Of a DNA stretch of 64,000 nucleotides, positions 36,391 through 48,535 are shown piece after piece (the first letter of the stretch is position 1; the number at the start of each line of letters is the position of its first letter). The translations under genes and the position numbers were made by a program. Under the pieces are notes generated by a model. The model had not been told where the DNA came from, made no database searches, and saw only the letters and a program-made list of their open reading frames with translations. Source of the stretch: Squalus acanthias (lineage: Eukaryota); assembly GCA_030390025.1 (NCBI GenBank), contig CM059432.1:51896001-51960000 (forward strand), read 5' to 3'.

Positions 36391-36996
36391 TTCTAGGTTG
36401 CTCGAAGGCAGCCATTGCCAGGAGATCCTTCGCATTACAAACTGTCTTCAGGAGATATGGAAGAGGGAAGAAAATTGCTTTTTTTCCCCACATGATTTTA
36501 AGGTACAGAATCATGCCTGCTGTTAATTGCCTGGGATGATCCCAATGGTAAGGGATGGTGCCACAAATCAGTTTTAATTTGGGGATAAGCCAATTGCACA
36601 AGTTTTCACCTACAGCAAAATGCAATTTACATTGATCCAGGAGATGGAAAATGTGATCAAAAGTTGTACTGATATTCTTCCTTGGAGCATTCACTATTTA
36701 AATACAGAATAATTAATATTCCTAAATTGTAATTATTCTAGTCAGTAAGAACCATATTGAAAAGCTTTGAGAGTCCACTGAGGAATTTTAATTATTGGCT
36801 CTGTTAGACATCAGTCTATAGCCTTAATGTAATGCCAAATTCTCTTGTTTTTTATGAATCAACAGTCAGCAGTTCTTTTCACCAACTATTTATCTGAACA
36901 ATTCTCTCTAGTGAAATGAAAAGCACATCACACTGGAAAGCCGCTCCACTTAATTGGAAAAGGAAAGAATGAGAATAAGAAGAAATAAGAAACAAA

Positions 36997-37743
36997 GGGG
37001 GAAAACTTCGTTAGCGACCATTTTGGGTCGCTAACATCGCCTGGGCGCTAAATTTAGCATCCAGCGAAAAATAGCGCTAGCAATCGCTAATTTCAGTTTT
37101 AGCGCTCCAAGAGGGAGGTGGAGCACTAATTCAAGCGCTCCATTTCCTGCTTAGAGCACTAACCCCAAATATCGGGGCGGTGCGTTCTGCAGCGCTTCGC
37201 ACTGGGCCACGTAGCGCTGCCACATGGAAGGGTTCTTCCCCTCATTAAAGGGGAGGGCCCAAGCCCACAACTCTGCGGGGCCCTACCTGGACCACCGGGG
37301 AGCGGGGTGCCAGGCCAGCAGCCCAGCACACACGAGGAGTGCCAGGCTGCCAGATCACGGCACGGACCCCGCGTTCAAAGAGGCAACGGGCCACGACAAG
37401 TAAGTTGGCTGATTTATTTTTTCCCCGCCCACCACCTCCCCTTTACTTATCGCCCCGCAAGCCTCCTGCCGCTCTGTTCCTGCCCCCTGAATTGGTCGCT
37501 GTCATCGCCGGCGCAGATTCAGGGGGCGTTGGTCAATTTTGCAGGTGGGGCGAAAATGGGGAGCTGTGCATAATGATGATGTCATCATCGCTTCTGCAGG
37601 GGAGTGGGGCGCTACCGGTTACCGCCGCCGCTAAACTCCCGCTGAATTTAGCGGGAGTCGTTAGCGGCGCCGCGCCCAGGCGAAAAATCGTTTGTGCCCC
37701 GTTAGCACTAACGAGAGGTGCAAATGCATCGAATTTCTAGCCC
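36997..37743 (-). mobile_element. Harbinger-type MITE related to family A (different core)
   Basis: Termini GGGGGAAAACTTCG / CGAATTTCTAGCCC. Subterminal TAGCGC/GCGCTA repeats. Right arm matches 22890-23075. Confidence 0.75.
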
Positions 37744-37789
37744 ATTGGATTTACTATCAATAATTGTATTCAGGCTATTGTACTATTAA

Positions 37790-38129
37790 CAGTGTGTGAT
37801 ATCTTTCAGATGAGACATTAAATCGAGGCCCCGTCTGCTCTCTCAGGTGGACGTAAAAGATCCCATGGTACTATTTCGAAGAAGAGCAGGGGAGTTACCC
37901 CAGTGTTCTGGCCAATATTTATCCCTCAATCAACATCACTAAAAAAAAGAGATTATCTCATCATTTATCACATTGCTGTTTGTGGGAGCTTGCTGTGCGC
38001 AACTTGGCTGCCACGTTTCCTACATTACAACAGTGACTACACTTCAGAGAGTACTTCATTGGTTGTAAAGCGCTTTAGGACATTCTGAGGTCATGAAAGG
38101 CGCTATATAAATGCAAGTCTTTCTTTCTT
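37790..38129 (+). mobile_element. Deu-domain SINE (5'-truncated) with L2-like tail
   Basis: CAGATGAGACATTAAA..CAGGTGGACGTAAAAGATCCCATGG..GAAGAGCAGGGGAG..AAAGGCGCTATATAAATGCAAG. Confidence 0.85.
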
Positions 38130-38199
38130 TACATACTGAAATACATAACACACAAACGGCAGATCACAATTGCATGTGCCTAGTCCGCCACAGCTTTTA

Positions 38200-38386
38200 T
38201 AAACAATCACCTGAAATTTCCACGGTGGTTCTCCTGATCGCTCAGATTTCTTGTCAGCGGAAGGTTGGTGGAAAAGCTGCAGAAACAGTGGAAAACATCC
38301 ATTTATGCCAATGCCCGGGGTTTTTTCCTGATCGTCTGCCAAAATTACGGCAGGAGATCGGGAGAACCTCCCAGAAATTCTCCCCC
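38200..38386. mobile_element. Short MITE-like foldback
   Basis: GGTTCTCCTGATC ... GATCGGGAGAACC inverted arms. Ends GAAATTCTCCCC. Confidence 0.5.
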
Positions 38387-38709
38387 ATTGTGTTTAGTAG
38401 CCATTGGCTTCAACTCTTAGGATGGCGTTTTCCTGGAAAAAGCTGCCCAAATTCAGGCAGTACAGAGGCAGTGTTGCAAAGGACATGGGGTAGTAAAGCC
38501 TTCCGCTGACAACTCACTCCAAAAAATGGGCACCATTATTTTCCTGTGGTGACCCCATGTAGCCCACATGTAGATAAAGGTCACTGAATCCAGCAGTCTT
38601 GCATATTGGAAGTGACTTCCATTAAACCACAATGGTAAGTTGTCAGGATTTAAAGGTATCGCTGCTATTTCCAAAGAATTTAAATTTAGAACAGCATTAT
38701 AAATAGATA

Positions 38710-39465
38710 ATGCATTTCCCTTTTGGGATTCCATTGTTTCTATGCATGGAGAAAGAGGAGGATGAGGGCACAGAGGAGAGGTGGAGGGAAGCTAAAAGAA
38801 TCTATCATCATGCACACCTGACACATGGGTACCCAAGCAGAGGGCTTTCAGACCCAGGAGATCATATATGGATTTCTCCCAAAGGCAGTGTGTAGGAAGG
38901 CTACAGTCAGTGAGTTATGCCATCTGTTGGCACCAGAAGCACAGTCTCTTTCTACCAAGAGCACAGACATAGGTAACAACAGCTCTAAATTTTTATGCTG
39001 CCAGATGTTTCCAGGCTACCTCGAAAATCTGCAGTGGATTATTCTAGTCACTTATGAAGTGGCGGGATTTCCCCCCCCAAGTACAAGGTGTTATTGATGC
39101 CACCCATGTGGCATTAAGGCCTTGAGTGAACACGCCCTAATTTGCATTAATAGAAAAGGTGTTCATCCTTTGAATATGCAGTTTATGAGTGATGCGCCAC
39201 ATCAATCTGCATGTGACCCCATGCTACCCTAAAAGCTGCCATGATTCTTTCATTCTCTGGCATTTGAAGATAACTGTATTGTTCAGCCACAGCAGTTTGT
39301 CAGCAATAACAACAGAAAACGCTGGAAAAACTCAGCAGGCCAGGCAGCATCCGTGGAGTTTGTCAGCAATCCTGGTTGGAGACCAGGATTGGCCACTTCA
39401 ACTGTGGCTGATGACATCATTCCTTAATCCGAGGACCAAGAGTAACAACGGGTTCAATGAAACCT
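38710..39465 (+). pseudogene. Decayed PIF/Harbinger (HARBI1-like, DDE_Tnp_4) transposase
   Basis: In order across frameshifts: AGFP-QVQGVIDATHVAL, NRKGVHPLNMQ, YPKSCHDSFIL, LVGDQDWPLQLWLMT. These match the GAIDxTH, NRKG, GSxHD and GDxGYPL motifs. Confidence 0.88.
39308..39356 (-). mobile_element. 49-bp Penelope-like end fragment inside the Harbinger transposase
   Basis: Near-identical to 35835-35883. Perfect 14-bp flanking repeat AGTTTGTCAGCAAT. Confidence 0.85.
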
Positions 39466-40114
39466 TGGGGGTCATTTTGATTTTGGGTGATAGTGTAAAA
39501 CGGATGATATTGATTCAGCCACCCGTTATACATTTTACCTGATTCTCATTTCCATTGAAGATGCAAATTTTTCTGCGTGGTTAAAGAGAACTGAAAGGCA
39601 TTGAGTAGGGCTAGGCTGGAGGAGACTTGATGGAACTGAGGAAATATGTGGAAAGATGACTGGGCCTGGGTACATTGAAGATGCAGCCAGGAGTGAAGTA
39701 ACTGGTACCAGTATTTGATGTCTGTAAGAGAATGAAAGTACTTCTTCTTTTATTATTTGAAAATTTTTGAAAAAATTCTGTGCGAATTTGTTTTGTAGGT
39801 TTCATTCAGTTTCGATGAGCTTTCTCATTTGGGGAAAGTGACACTTACTTCATTTAATTGACTGAGTTAATTAGACCAGGAAAATCAGTTTGTTGGTACC
39901 AAGTCAAAGTTTCAATTTGAAATTAATTTTATTTCTTTGAAAAGAAACAAATTATTTTTTATTTTCATTTTTTAAGACATTTTTTAAAAATTAAACAGTG
40001 GAACCAAATGTATTCAAATTCAGGAAGCACGGTATTCATAAACAAGACTTTAATAAAAGGGGTAAAGCCAAATTGTTACAAAATTATTTCCTCAGTTTGG
40101 AGTATAGTGATGAT

Positions 40115-41877
40115 GGCCGTGATTTTCCCTACCTTGGCGGGCGACGTTGGTGGCGGGTCTCCACCCAGCTGTTGGCTCCATCCCGGCCTCCGACATGACT
40201 TTCCCCTGATTGGGCTTGTTAAGCCCGCCCAACGAGTTTCCCGGCAAATTGAAGGAAGCGGGTCTAATGATGTCATTTATGACGCGTCATCAGCCGGTTT
40301 CCTTAAAGGGACCATGCGCAAATTTACTTTGACATTTGTGCTGTCAGTGTTCTACAGCATTGAGGTGCTGCAAACACTGACAAGCAATGCACAGAGGTGC
40401 ATGGCTACACCCAGGCTCTCCCATGACTCCCTCCATATGATTATGGAGGGAGTCACAGCACGTAGGGTGGTTCTCTCCCCTTCCAATGGGTGGAAGAGAC
40501 CTCCCCAGGACACCAACACAGCCTGGTTGCACATTGCACAGCAGGACACAAGCAGGGATGTTGTCAGGAGGACCAGGCTGCAGTGGCGCAAACCTTTCAA
40601 TGATCTCAGCAGATCACGAAACGTTACTGCAAAGCTACACGCAACCTCATCCTGCTGTGCCTCTCATCACATCCCCATCACTCAGCCTTCCCTACCCTAC
40701 TCCTCCTCATCCTTACTCACACCAACTTACCTTGCACATCCACCCATCATCCCTCTCTATCTACATCATCACTTCTCCATCTCACTAGCCACCCCTCACA
40801 TTTACCCTCATCCTAGTCCAATCATACCAACTAACAACACACAAGGGTAGGCACTTGGGTGTTTTAGCCAATGTTCATGTGAAGTTTCTGTTAATGTGCT
40901 GTCAAACATTGAAATCTTGATTTTCAACACTTTGTTTTCTTGCACAGATTTGTGTGCACCTTTGGAAGTGGCTTAGTGAGTTGCAGCGAATGGTGAGACA
41001 TAATGGTAGCCCCTGCAATGGTGATGAGTGTGAAAGGAATGGCTTGGACAGTATAGGGATGCTTTATGGTGTTGGTGTGGGGTGGTGCCAACGTGGTGCA
41101 TTATGTGGCAGCCAGGGTGTACAGCGTCAAGTGAAGTAAATCTGGCCATGGTGAGGCCATCCCTGGCATCCCGGGCAGCAATGTAGACAGGTACTGATGC
41201 CCTCTATCCTGTGCAGCATCAAGTGATTGCAGAGAAGGTTGGTGTGGTTGTTGGTGCTGCTGGTGTGCCTGGTGATGCTGGTGTTGGGACTGATCGTGGT
41301 GGGATTCTGAGGACCAAGGTGAGAGAGTATAAAGTGCACCCATGCTGATGGAATAGATAGCAGGCGAAGTAGAGATGACAGAAGTGATCTGTCAATGGTG
41401 GGCAAGGTAATGAGGTCAGACTGGGTGGAGACTTGTGTAAGGACTTGCAGCATCCTGAATCTATAGTGGAAATGCAGTTTAGAGATGCTAGTGCTTAAAG
41501 GAAGATATCTGAATCAGCTGGGAGCTTTGCGTTGACATTTGAAGCTGTCAACTCATCAGCTGATTCAATGGCCACTGAACTCCCCCCTCAGCTTCACTGA
41601 TGAGGTCTAGGCACAGCGGGAAACCCATGGGAGATCTGTGAAAGTTAAAAAGCTGGGGTAAAAAGCATTGTTAAGTGGCTGTAAACAAGCCACTAATGAT
41701 TTGAATTGGGTCCCCTGCCGCTGCCTGTCGGGTCTGCTCAGCGCTGGCATACCCGACATCGGGAAATACAGGTGTGCGTGTTTTGACAGTGGTTTCCCGA
41801 TCCGCTGTCAGTCATTTTAAATTTCACAGCTGACCCGCCACCAATCGGGTGCACTGAGCACTGGCAAAATCACCGTC
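40115..41877 (+). mobile_element. Complete non-autonomous Harbinger element (1763 bp) with Myb/SANT remnant
   Basis: TIRs GGCCGTGATTTTCC / GCAAAATCACCGTC and 3-bp TSD GAT on both sides. Confidence 0.9.
40401..40622 (+). pseudogene. Myb/SANT-like (trihelix) DNA-binding domain remnant of Harbinger
   Basis: PRLSHDSLHMIMEGVTARRVVL...AWLHIAQQDTSRDVVRRTRLQWRKPFNDL fits the W-xx-I-A ... R-T-xx-Q-xRKxxNDL pattern. Confidence 0.75.
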
Positions 41878-42002
41878 GATGTCTCATGCATATTGTTACA
41901 GCATGTTAGTGGTTAAAGAAGAATTCATTATCAGCACTCAATCCTTGCACCCTAGAAAACTTTTTGTAAACTTTGTCCCAGTTCTTTCTCGCGCTGCTCC
42001 TC

Positions 42003-42380
42003 CAACAACAACAACTTGTATTTATATAGCACCTTTACGTAGTAAAACATCCCAAGGCACTTCACAGGAACTTTATCAAACAAAATTTGACACTGAGCCA
42101 TATAAGAGGATATTAGGACAGATGACCAAAAAGAGGTAGGTTTTAAGAAGCATCTTAAAGGAGGAAAGAGAGATAGGGAGGCAGAGAGATTAAGGGACCG
42201 AATTCAAGAGCTTAGGGCCTCGGCAGCTGAAGCCACAGCTGGCAACGGTGGAACAATTAAAATCAGGGATGCACAAGAGGCCAGAATTGGAGGAGTGCAG
42301 ATATCTCAGCGGGTTTTTGGGGCTGGAGGAGGTTACAGAGATAGGGAGGGCCAAGGAGGGATTTGAAAACAAGGATGATT
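42003..42380 (-). mobile_element. L2 3' fragment
   Basis: (AAC)n-TTGTATTTATATAGC tail. Peptide PLRYLHSSNSGLL..GPKLLNSVP. Confidence 0.82.
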
Positions 42381-42569
42381 GTGAAATTCCCAATATTTTT
42401 TCCTCCTGCCTGAGTACTGTATTGTTAGTAATAAGAGCAGCGAGGTTTCATAAATGTAGTACAGTTGAATGTTCAGAACTAATTGATGTCAGATTTTCCT
42501 TTTAGCTGAAAACCCGGTTAGAATGAATATGTACATTTTTGACTTTCAGGAAACATTGTTAAAGATATT

Positions 42570-43290
42570 GGGCCAGAATTTACTACAAAATAACAGTGAG
42601 GCTAATGGTGTCATCATTATTGATGCGCAAATAGCACAGTAACTTCAGGTGACAGGCAGATGTGTGGTTAAACTCAAAAATCCAAAAGTTGCTGTCCGAG
42701 TTGCGCCGCTCCACCATTAGCTTCACGAAAACAGCATCTCGCTGTCTAGGTTCATCATTGAAATGCATTGAATGCCATGAAGTTGCTGTATTTGCACGGT
42801 AGATATGAACTAAACTCGCCACAGAAAGTTAAATCAAGTCATATCAAGTCTAAGTACTTCTTTAACCATGTGCTAAGTGTTAATTACTGTCAATTAACTT
42901 CTCTGGCACTGAAAATTAACTATTATAAATATGGAGTCTTATTCTTTCAGGTTTCAATTGTTGTTGGAGATTTTTAAAATGTAATTTTTTTAAGTTAATT
43001 TTCCTTTATGCCTCTTTTATCTCTCTCTCTTAATTCAATCTTTCTTTCCCTCTCTTTTGCTTTCTGTACCTGATTTGACATTGAATTTACTATTCTAATT
43101 TACACTTCCTGGTTCAGACTCTGCGCTGTTCAATCTTCAATTCTTCAATCTGATTGGTTAAGGAGATAGACAGTTACTTGCCCTGTTCACACAGGTCCCA
43201 GATGCTCTGTAGAGGGCGCCACGCCATTTCAATCTCCTATTTACAGCAACTTGCAGTGCAGTCTCATGGAAATTAAACTCGTCTGTGCTG
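42570..43290. mobile_element. Old MITE-like element
   Basis: Starts GGGCCAGAATTT, like other Harbinger-type termini. Right end not identified. Confidence 0.35.
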
Positions 43291-43324
43291 AGATTTACAG
43301 CATATTTAAATCATAATATTTATG

Positions 43325-43545
43325 GGGCCATGAATATAAGATAGTCACTAATAAAGCCAGGAGGGAATTAACGAGAAATTCCTTTACCCATAGGGTAGTG
43401 AGAATGTGGAACTCGCCACCACAAGGAGCAGTTGAGGTGACTAGCATAGGGAAGCCACATGAGGGAGAAAGGAATGGGAGGATATGTTGATAGGGTGAAT
43501 TGAAGTAGGGTGGGTGTGGAGCATAAACACTGGCAGAGATAGGTT
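43325..43545 (+). mobile_element. CR1 3' fragment
   Basis: GTAGTGAGAATGTGGAACTCGC, similar to 14775-14990. Confidence 0.75.
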
Positions 43546-44869
43546 TAAAAATTAAAATAACAGATTTGAAACCTAATTCCCAAAAATTCAGTGCTGACTC
43601 AATAGTAGCTTATATAAAAGCTACACATAAATCTGTTCTTAGATTTTTTTTAAATGAGTGAGGCAGTGAATAAAATCTAAGTGCAGTGTTAGCAGCCACC
43701 ATTGTTGCCCCTGACACCTCCAAACAATCTAAGACATTGTGCAACCGAATTTCCTTGACCATTTTGATGGACTCCTGTCGTAACTCCAGTGGGAAAATAG
43801 TGGAATGGCTCTGAGGTAAGCCAGGACCCAAATACAGCTGGTCCCAACCTAAGCTGGGATTTTCTGCTTGGCCTCAAAGGGGTGGAGCCTTTGCAGTTTT
43901 TCAGGTGCTGAGTTTTTAATTCTATTGAATGTATCAGCCTGAGTGTCTGGAGGCAGTTTTTTTGTTATATTACGCTTTCTGAAATAATAACATTATGAAA
44001 AACTATTCCTGGGAAGAGTGTCAAAATGAGAATGACCAAAATGGCAGCATCCCGGACGGGGACAGGAACGGGGCAGGAACGGGGCTGCTCTGATGTTTTA
44101 AATGCCCTCCCGACCTGTTCCTGCCCAGCACAGGGGATGAAAATCGGCCTCTTTACTTTAATAACCCAACATCTAAATGTAATTCTATTCCAAATCCTTT
44201 CTGTGAAAATATAGTCATAAATCCTAAAACATGACAGATGACTAGTGTGTGAAATGGAAACATTCACACTGGAAAGTAGTGGGTGCTTTTCTGAGATTAG
44301 AGCAAAGTCACATTTTCGGTACAAAGGAGAGGGAGCTTTATTGTACATCTGACTGTGCTATACCTAACCTCAGAGTATTCGGTTTTGACTAGAGAGCCTT
44401 GCCTCCAAACAATGCCTGAAAAATGGGTGCAATGCAGAGAGAAAATGGTCACTAATCCTTTGCTCCCATTTTGCTTCTGAACAGCACTGCATCCGAAGTT
44501 CCTTTGTGGCTTTTCCGGTGTCTGCACCTGAAGAGAGAGCAGCAATGTCAATTTCATGCAAATCAATGTCAGAGGAATTTGCATCCACATTTCCTCTAAT
44601 AGTGCCAGTGTAGTTCAGAGGAAAACTGCCCCCTTAAAAATCTGGCATGACTGATTCCTGAGCTGCTGTTTAGTTGCTTTTAATCTTAAGGGATAGCTGT
44701 CAAGAGAGGTTTTTTATTAACTTTTTGAATAAAAAGTAGTTTTACTGCTTTCGGACCTGTTGGAGAATGTTTGTAGTATTTTTACTTACTGATAGAGGCC
44801 ATGTTCAGTACTCTTTTACAGCTCTCCCTTTTTATAATTTGGTTTATTTGCAGACAAACAAAGGGAAAC

Positions 44870-47800
44870 AAAGGGGATGATTTAAATTAGCTTGGCAGGG
44901 GGATGGGAACCTGAGTGTAGATTCAGAAGGGAGAGAAGCAAAGCTGGAAATGGAAGGTAGAAAATTAGTAAGTGAGTTTGGAAAGCAGAGGAAACAAAGG
45001 CTAGAAAATAGACAACAAGGGAGTTTGGCAATGCTTAATGGTATATACTTAAATGGAAGGAATAAGGCAGATGAGCTGAGGGCACAGATAGACACGTGGA
45101 ATCATGTGGAATCATAGTTATTTCTGAAACATGGCTTAAAGTAGGGCAAGAATGGCAACTCAACATTCCTGTTTTCAGACGAGATAGAGAGGGGGATAAA
45201 AAAGGAGGGGGGGTCCCAATATTGGTTAAAGAAACAATTACAGTTGTGAGGAGGGATGCTATGTTAGAAGGATCATCATATGGGTTGAACGGAAGAACAA
45301 AAAAGGGACAACCACACTGCTGGGACTGTACTATAAACCCCCAAATAATCAGAGGGAGACAGAAGAGCAAATATGTAGGCAAATTTCTGAGAAGTGCAAA
45401 AACAATAGGGCAGTAATAGTAGGGGATTTCAACTACCCTAATATTAACTGTGATAGAATCATGTGTAAAGGTATAGAGTGCGCAGAATTCTTAAAATGCA
45501 TTCAGGAGAACCTTTTTAGCCAGTACGTAGCAAGCCCAACAAGAGAGGAGACAGTTCTAGACTTAGTTTTCGGGAATGAAGCTGGCCAAATGGAAGGAGT
45601 ATCAGTAGGAGAGCATTTTGGTGGTAGTGATCATAATTCAGTTAGATTTAGCGTAGTTATGGAAAAGGATAAAGATAGACCAGGAGTAAAAGTTCTCAAC
45701 TGGGGAAAGGCCAATTTCACTAAGCTGAGAGGTGACTAAGCAAAAGTGGACTGGAAACAGATACTTGAAGATAAATCAGTGTTAGAGCAGTGGGAGGTAT
45801 CCAAGTAGGAGACAGTGAGGGTTCAGAGCAAATATGTACCCACAAAGAAAAATGGTGGGACTCCCAAATCTAGAGCTCCCTGGATGTCGAGGTGTATACA
45901 GGGTAGGAAAAGGAAAAAAAGCTTTTGTCAGATACCGTGAGCTAAATACTACAGAAAGCCGAGAGGAGTATAGAAAGTGCAGGGGTGAAATTAAAAAGGA
46001 AATTAGGAAAGCAAAGAGAGGGCATGAAAAAATATTGGCAACTAAAATCAAGCAAACCCCAAAGATGTTCTAAAAATATATAAAGAGCAAGAGGATAACT
46101 AAGGAAAGAGTAGGGCTTATTAGAAACCAAAAAGGTAACCTGTGTGTGGAGGCGGAAGACGTGGGGATGGTTCTTAATGAATGCTTTGTGTCTATCTTCA
46201 CAAAAGAGAGGGACGATGCAGACATTGTAGTTAAGGAGGAGGAGTGTGAAAAAGTAGATGAGATAAACATAGTGAGAGAGGAAATATTAAGGGGTTTATC
46301 ATCTTTGAAAGTAGATAAATCGGCAGGCCCGGATGAAATGTATCCCAGGCTGGAAGAGAAGCAAGAGAGGAAATAAGGGAAGCTCTGACCATCATTTTCC
46401 AATCCTCTCTGGCTACAGGCATGGTGCCGGAGGGCTGGAGAACTGCTAAAGTTGTGCTAAAAAGGGAGAAAAGGATAGCCCGAGTAATTACAGGCCAGTC
46501 AGCCTAACCTCAATGGTGGGCAAATTATTGGAAAAAATTCTGAGGGTTAGTATTGTCATTTAGAAAGGCACAGATTAATCAAGGACAGTCAGCATGGGTT
46601 TGTTAAGGGAAGCTTGTATCTGACTAACCTGATTGAATTTTTTGAGGAGGTAACAAGAAGGGTCGATGGGGGTAGCACATTTACATGGATTTTAGCAAGG
46701 CTTTTGGCAAGGTCCCATATGGTAGACTGGTCAGAAAAGTAAAAGCCCATGGGATCCAAGGGAAAGTTCTTATGTTCTTAAAGTGGCAAGTTGGATCCAA
46801 AATTAGCTCAGTGGCAGGAAGCAAAGGGTAATGCTCGACGGGTGTTTTTGTGACTGGAAGGCTGTTTCCAGTGGGGTTCCGCAAGGTTCAGCACGAGGTT
46901 CCTTGCTTTTTGTGGTATATATCAATGATTTAGACTTCAATGTAGGGGGCATGATTAAGAAGTTTGCAGATGATGCAAAAATTGCCATGTGGTTGATAGT
47001 GAGGTAAAAAGCTGTAGACTGCAGGAAGGTATCAATGGACTGGTCAGGTGGGCAGAAAAGTGGCAAATAGAATTCAATCTGGAAAAGTCTGAGGTAATGC
47101 ATTTGGGGAGGGCTAACAAGGCAAGGGAATACACAATAAATGGCCAGATACTGAGAAGTGTTGAGAACAGGGGGATCTTAGAGTGAATGTCCACAGATCC
47201 CTGAAGATAGTAGGACAGGTAGATAAGGTGGTTAAGAAAGCATACAGGATACTTTCCTTTATTAGCTGAGGCATAGAATATAAGAGCAGGGAGGTTATGC
47301 TGGAACTGTATAAAACACTAGTTAGGCCACAGCTAGAGTACTGCGTACAGTTCTATTCACCACATTACAGGAAAGAGAGAGGGTACAGAGGAGATTTACG
47401 AGGATGTTGGCAGGACTGGAGAATTTTAGCCAGGAGGAAAGATTGGATAGGCTTGGGTTGTTTTCTTTGGAACAGCGGAGGCTGAGGGGAGATTTAATTG
47501 AAGTGTATAAAATTATAAGGGGCCTAGATAGAGTGGATAGGAAGGACTTATTTCCCTTAGCAGAGAGGTCAATAACCAGGGGGCATAGATTTAAAATAAT
47601 TGGTAGAAGGATTAGAGGGGAGTTGAGGAGAACTTTTTTTACCCAGAGGGTGGTGGGGATCTGGAGCTCACTGCTTGAAAGGGTGGTAGAGGCAGAAACC
47701 CTCATCAAATTTAAAAAGTGCTTGGATGTGCACTTGAACTGCCCTAACCTACAAGGCTATGGACCAAGAGCAGGAAAGTGGGATTCGGCTGGATAGCTCT

Positions 47801-47875
47801 TTTTCAGCCGGCACAGACACAATGGGCTGAATGGCCTCCTTCTGTGCCATAAACTCCTATGATTCTATGATTCTA
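44870..47875 (+). mobile_element. Long degraded CR1 LINE (end of ORF1 plus ORF2 pseudogene)
   Basis: ISETW, GDFN, GSDHN, GPDEMYPR, RPQLEYC and FFTQRVV motifs. Tail CTATGATTCTATGATTCTA. Confidence 0.92.
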
Positions 47876-47909
47876 ACTAAAAGCCCCTTGACAGCCCCTG
47901 AAGTAACGA

Positions 47910-48360
47910 GAAAATGACTTGCATTTATATAGCACTTCTCTCGATCTGAAGATTTCCCAACGTGCTTCACAGCCAATGAAGTACTTTTGAAGTGTCATTA
48001 CTTTTGTAATGTAAGGAAATGCAGCAGCCACTTTGAGCACAGCACGATCCCACAAACAGCAATGAGATAAATGAGCAAATAATCTGTTTTGGTTGAGAGA
48101 TAAATGTTGGTCAGGATAGTTTTAGGAGACCAGGAGAACTCCCCTGCTCATTTTCAAATAATGCCATGGGATCTTTTATGACCACCTGAGAGGGCGGACG
48201 GGACATCAGTTTAACGTCTCATCCAAAAGAATCTGGCAATCCAGCAGTCCCTCAGTGCTGCACTGAATTGTCAGCCTAGATTGTGTGCTCATGTCTCTGG
48301 AGTGGGCCTTAAACCTGTGACATTCTAATCCAGAGGCGCGAGTGCTACCAATGAGCCAAA
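47910..48360 (-). mobile_element. Deu-domain SINE
   Basis: Reverse complement of the 37790-38129 family plus a tRNA-like head. Confidence 0.8.
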
Positions 48361-48535
48361 GCAATTTGCGGAGCTCTTCTGAGCAACTATCAAGCTTTCC
48401 CCATCAGAGAGTAGGAAACCATCCCCCCCCCCACTACCCCGCCGCCCCACCACCCCTCACCTCCACCCTTGCCCTAACTGTACAACTTCTTCATGCCATC
48501 TGGAATCACGTCGGACAAGAGGTAGGTACCCTACC

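Noticed and set aside
39610..39730. Possible exon (AG...GTAAG with an open frame)
   Set aside because: No polypyrimidine tract, a stop in the most plausible frame, and no recognisable protein.
40008..40850. 280-aa ORF as a host gene
   Set aside because: It starts outside the transposon and crosses its TIR. Only the Myb-like part is meaningful, and the second copy is frameshifted.
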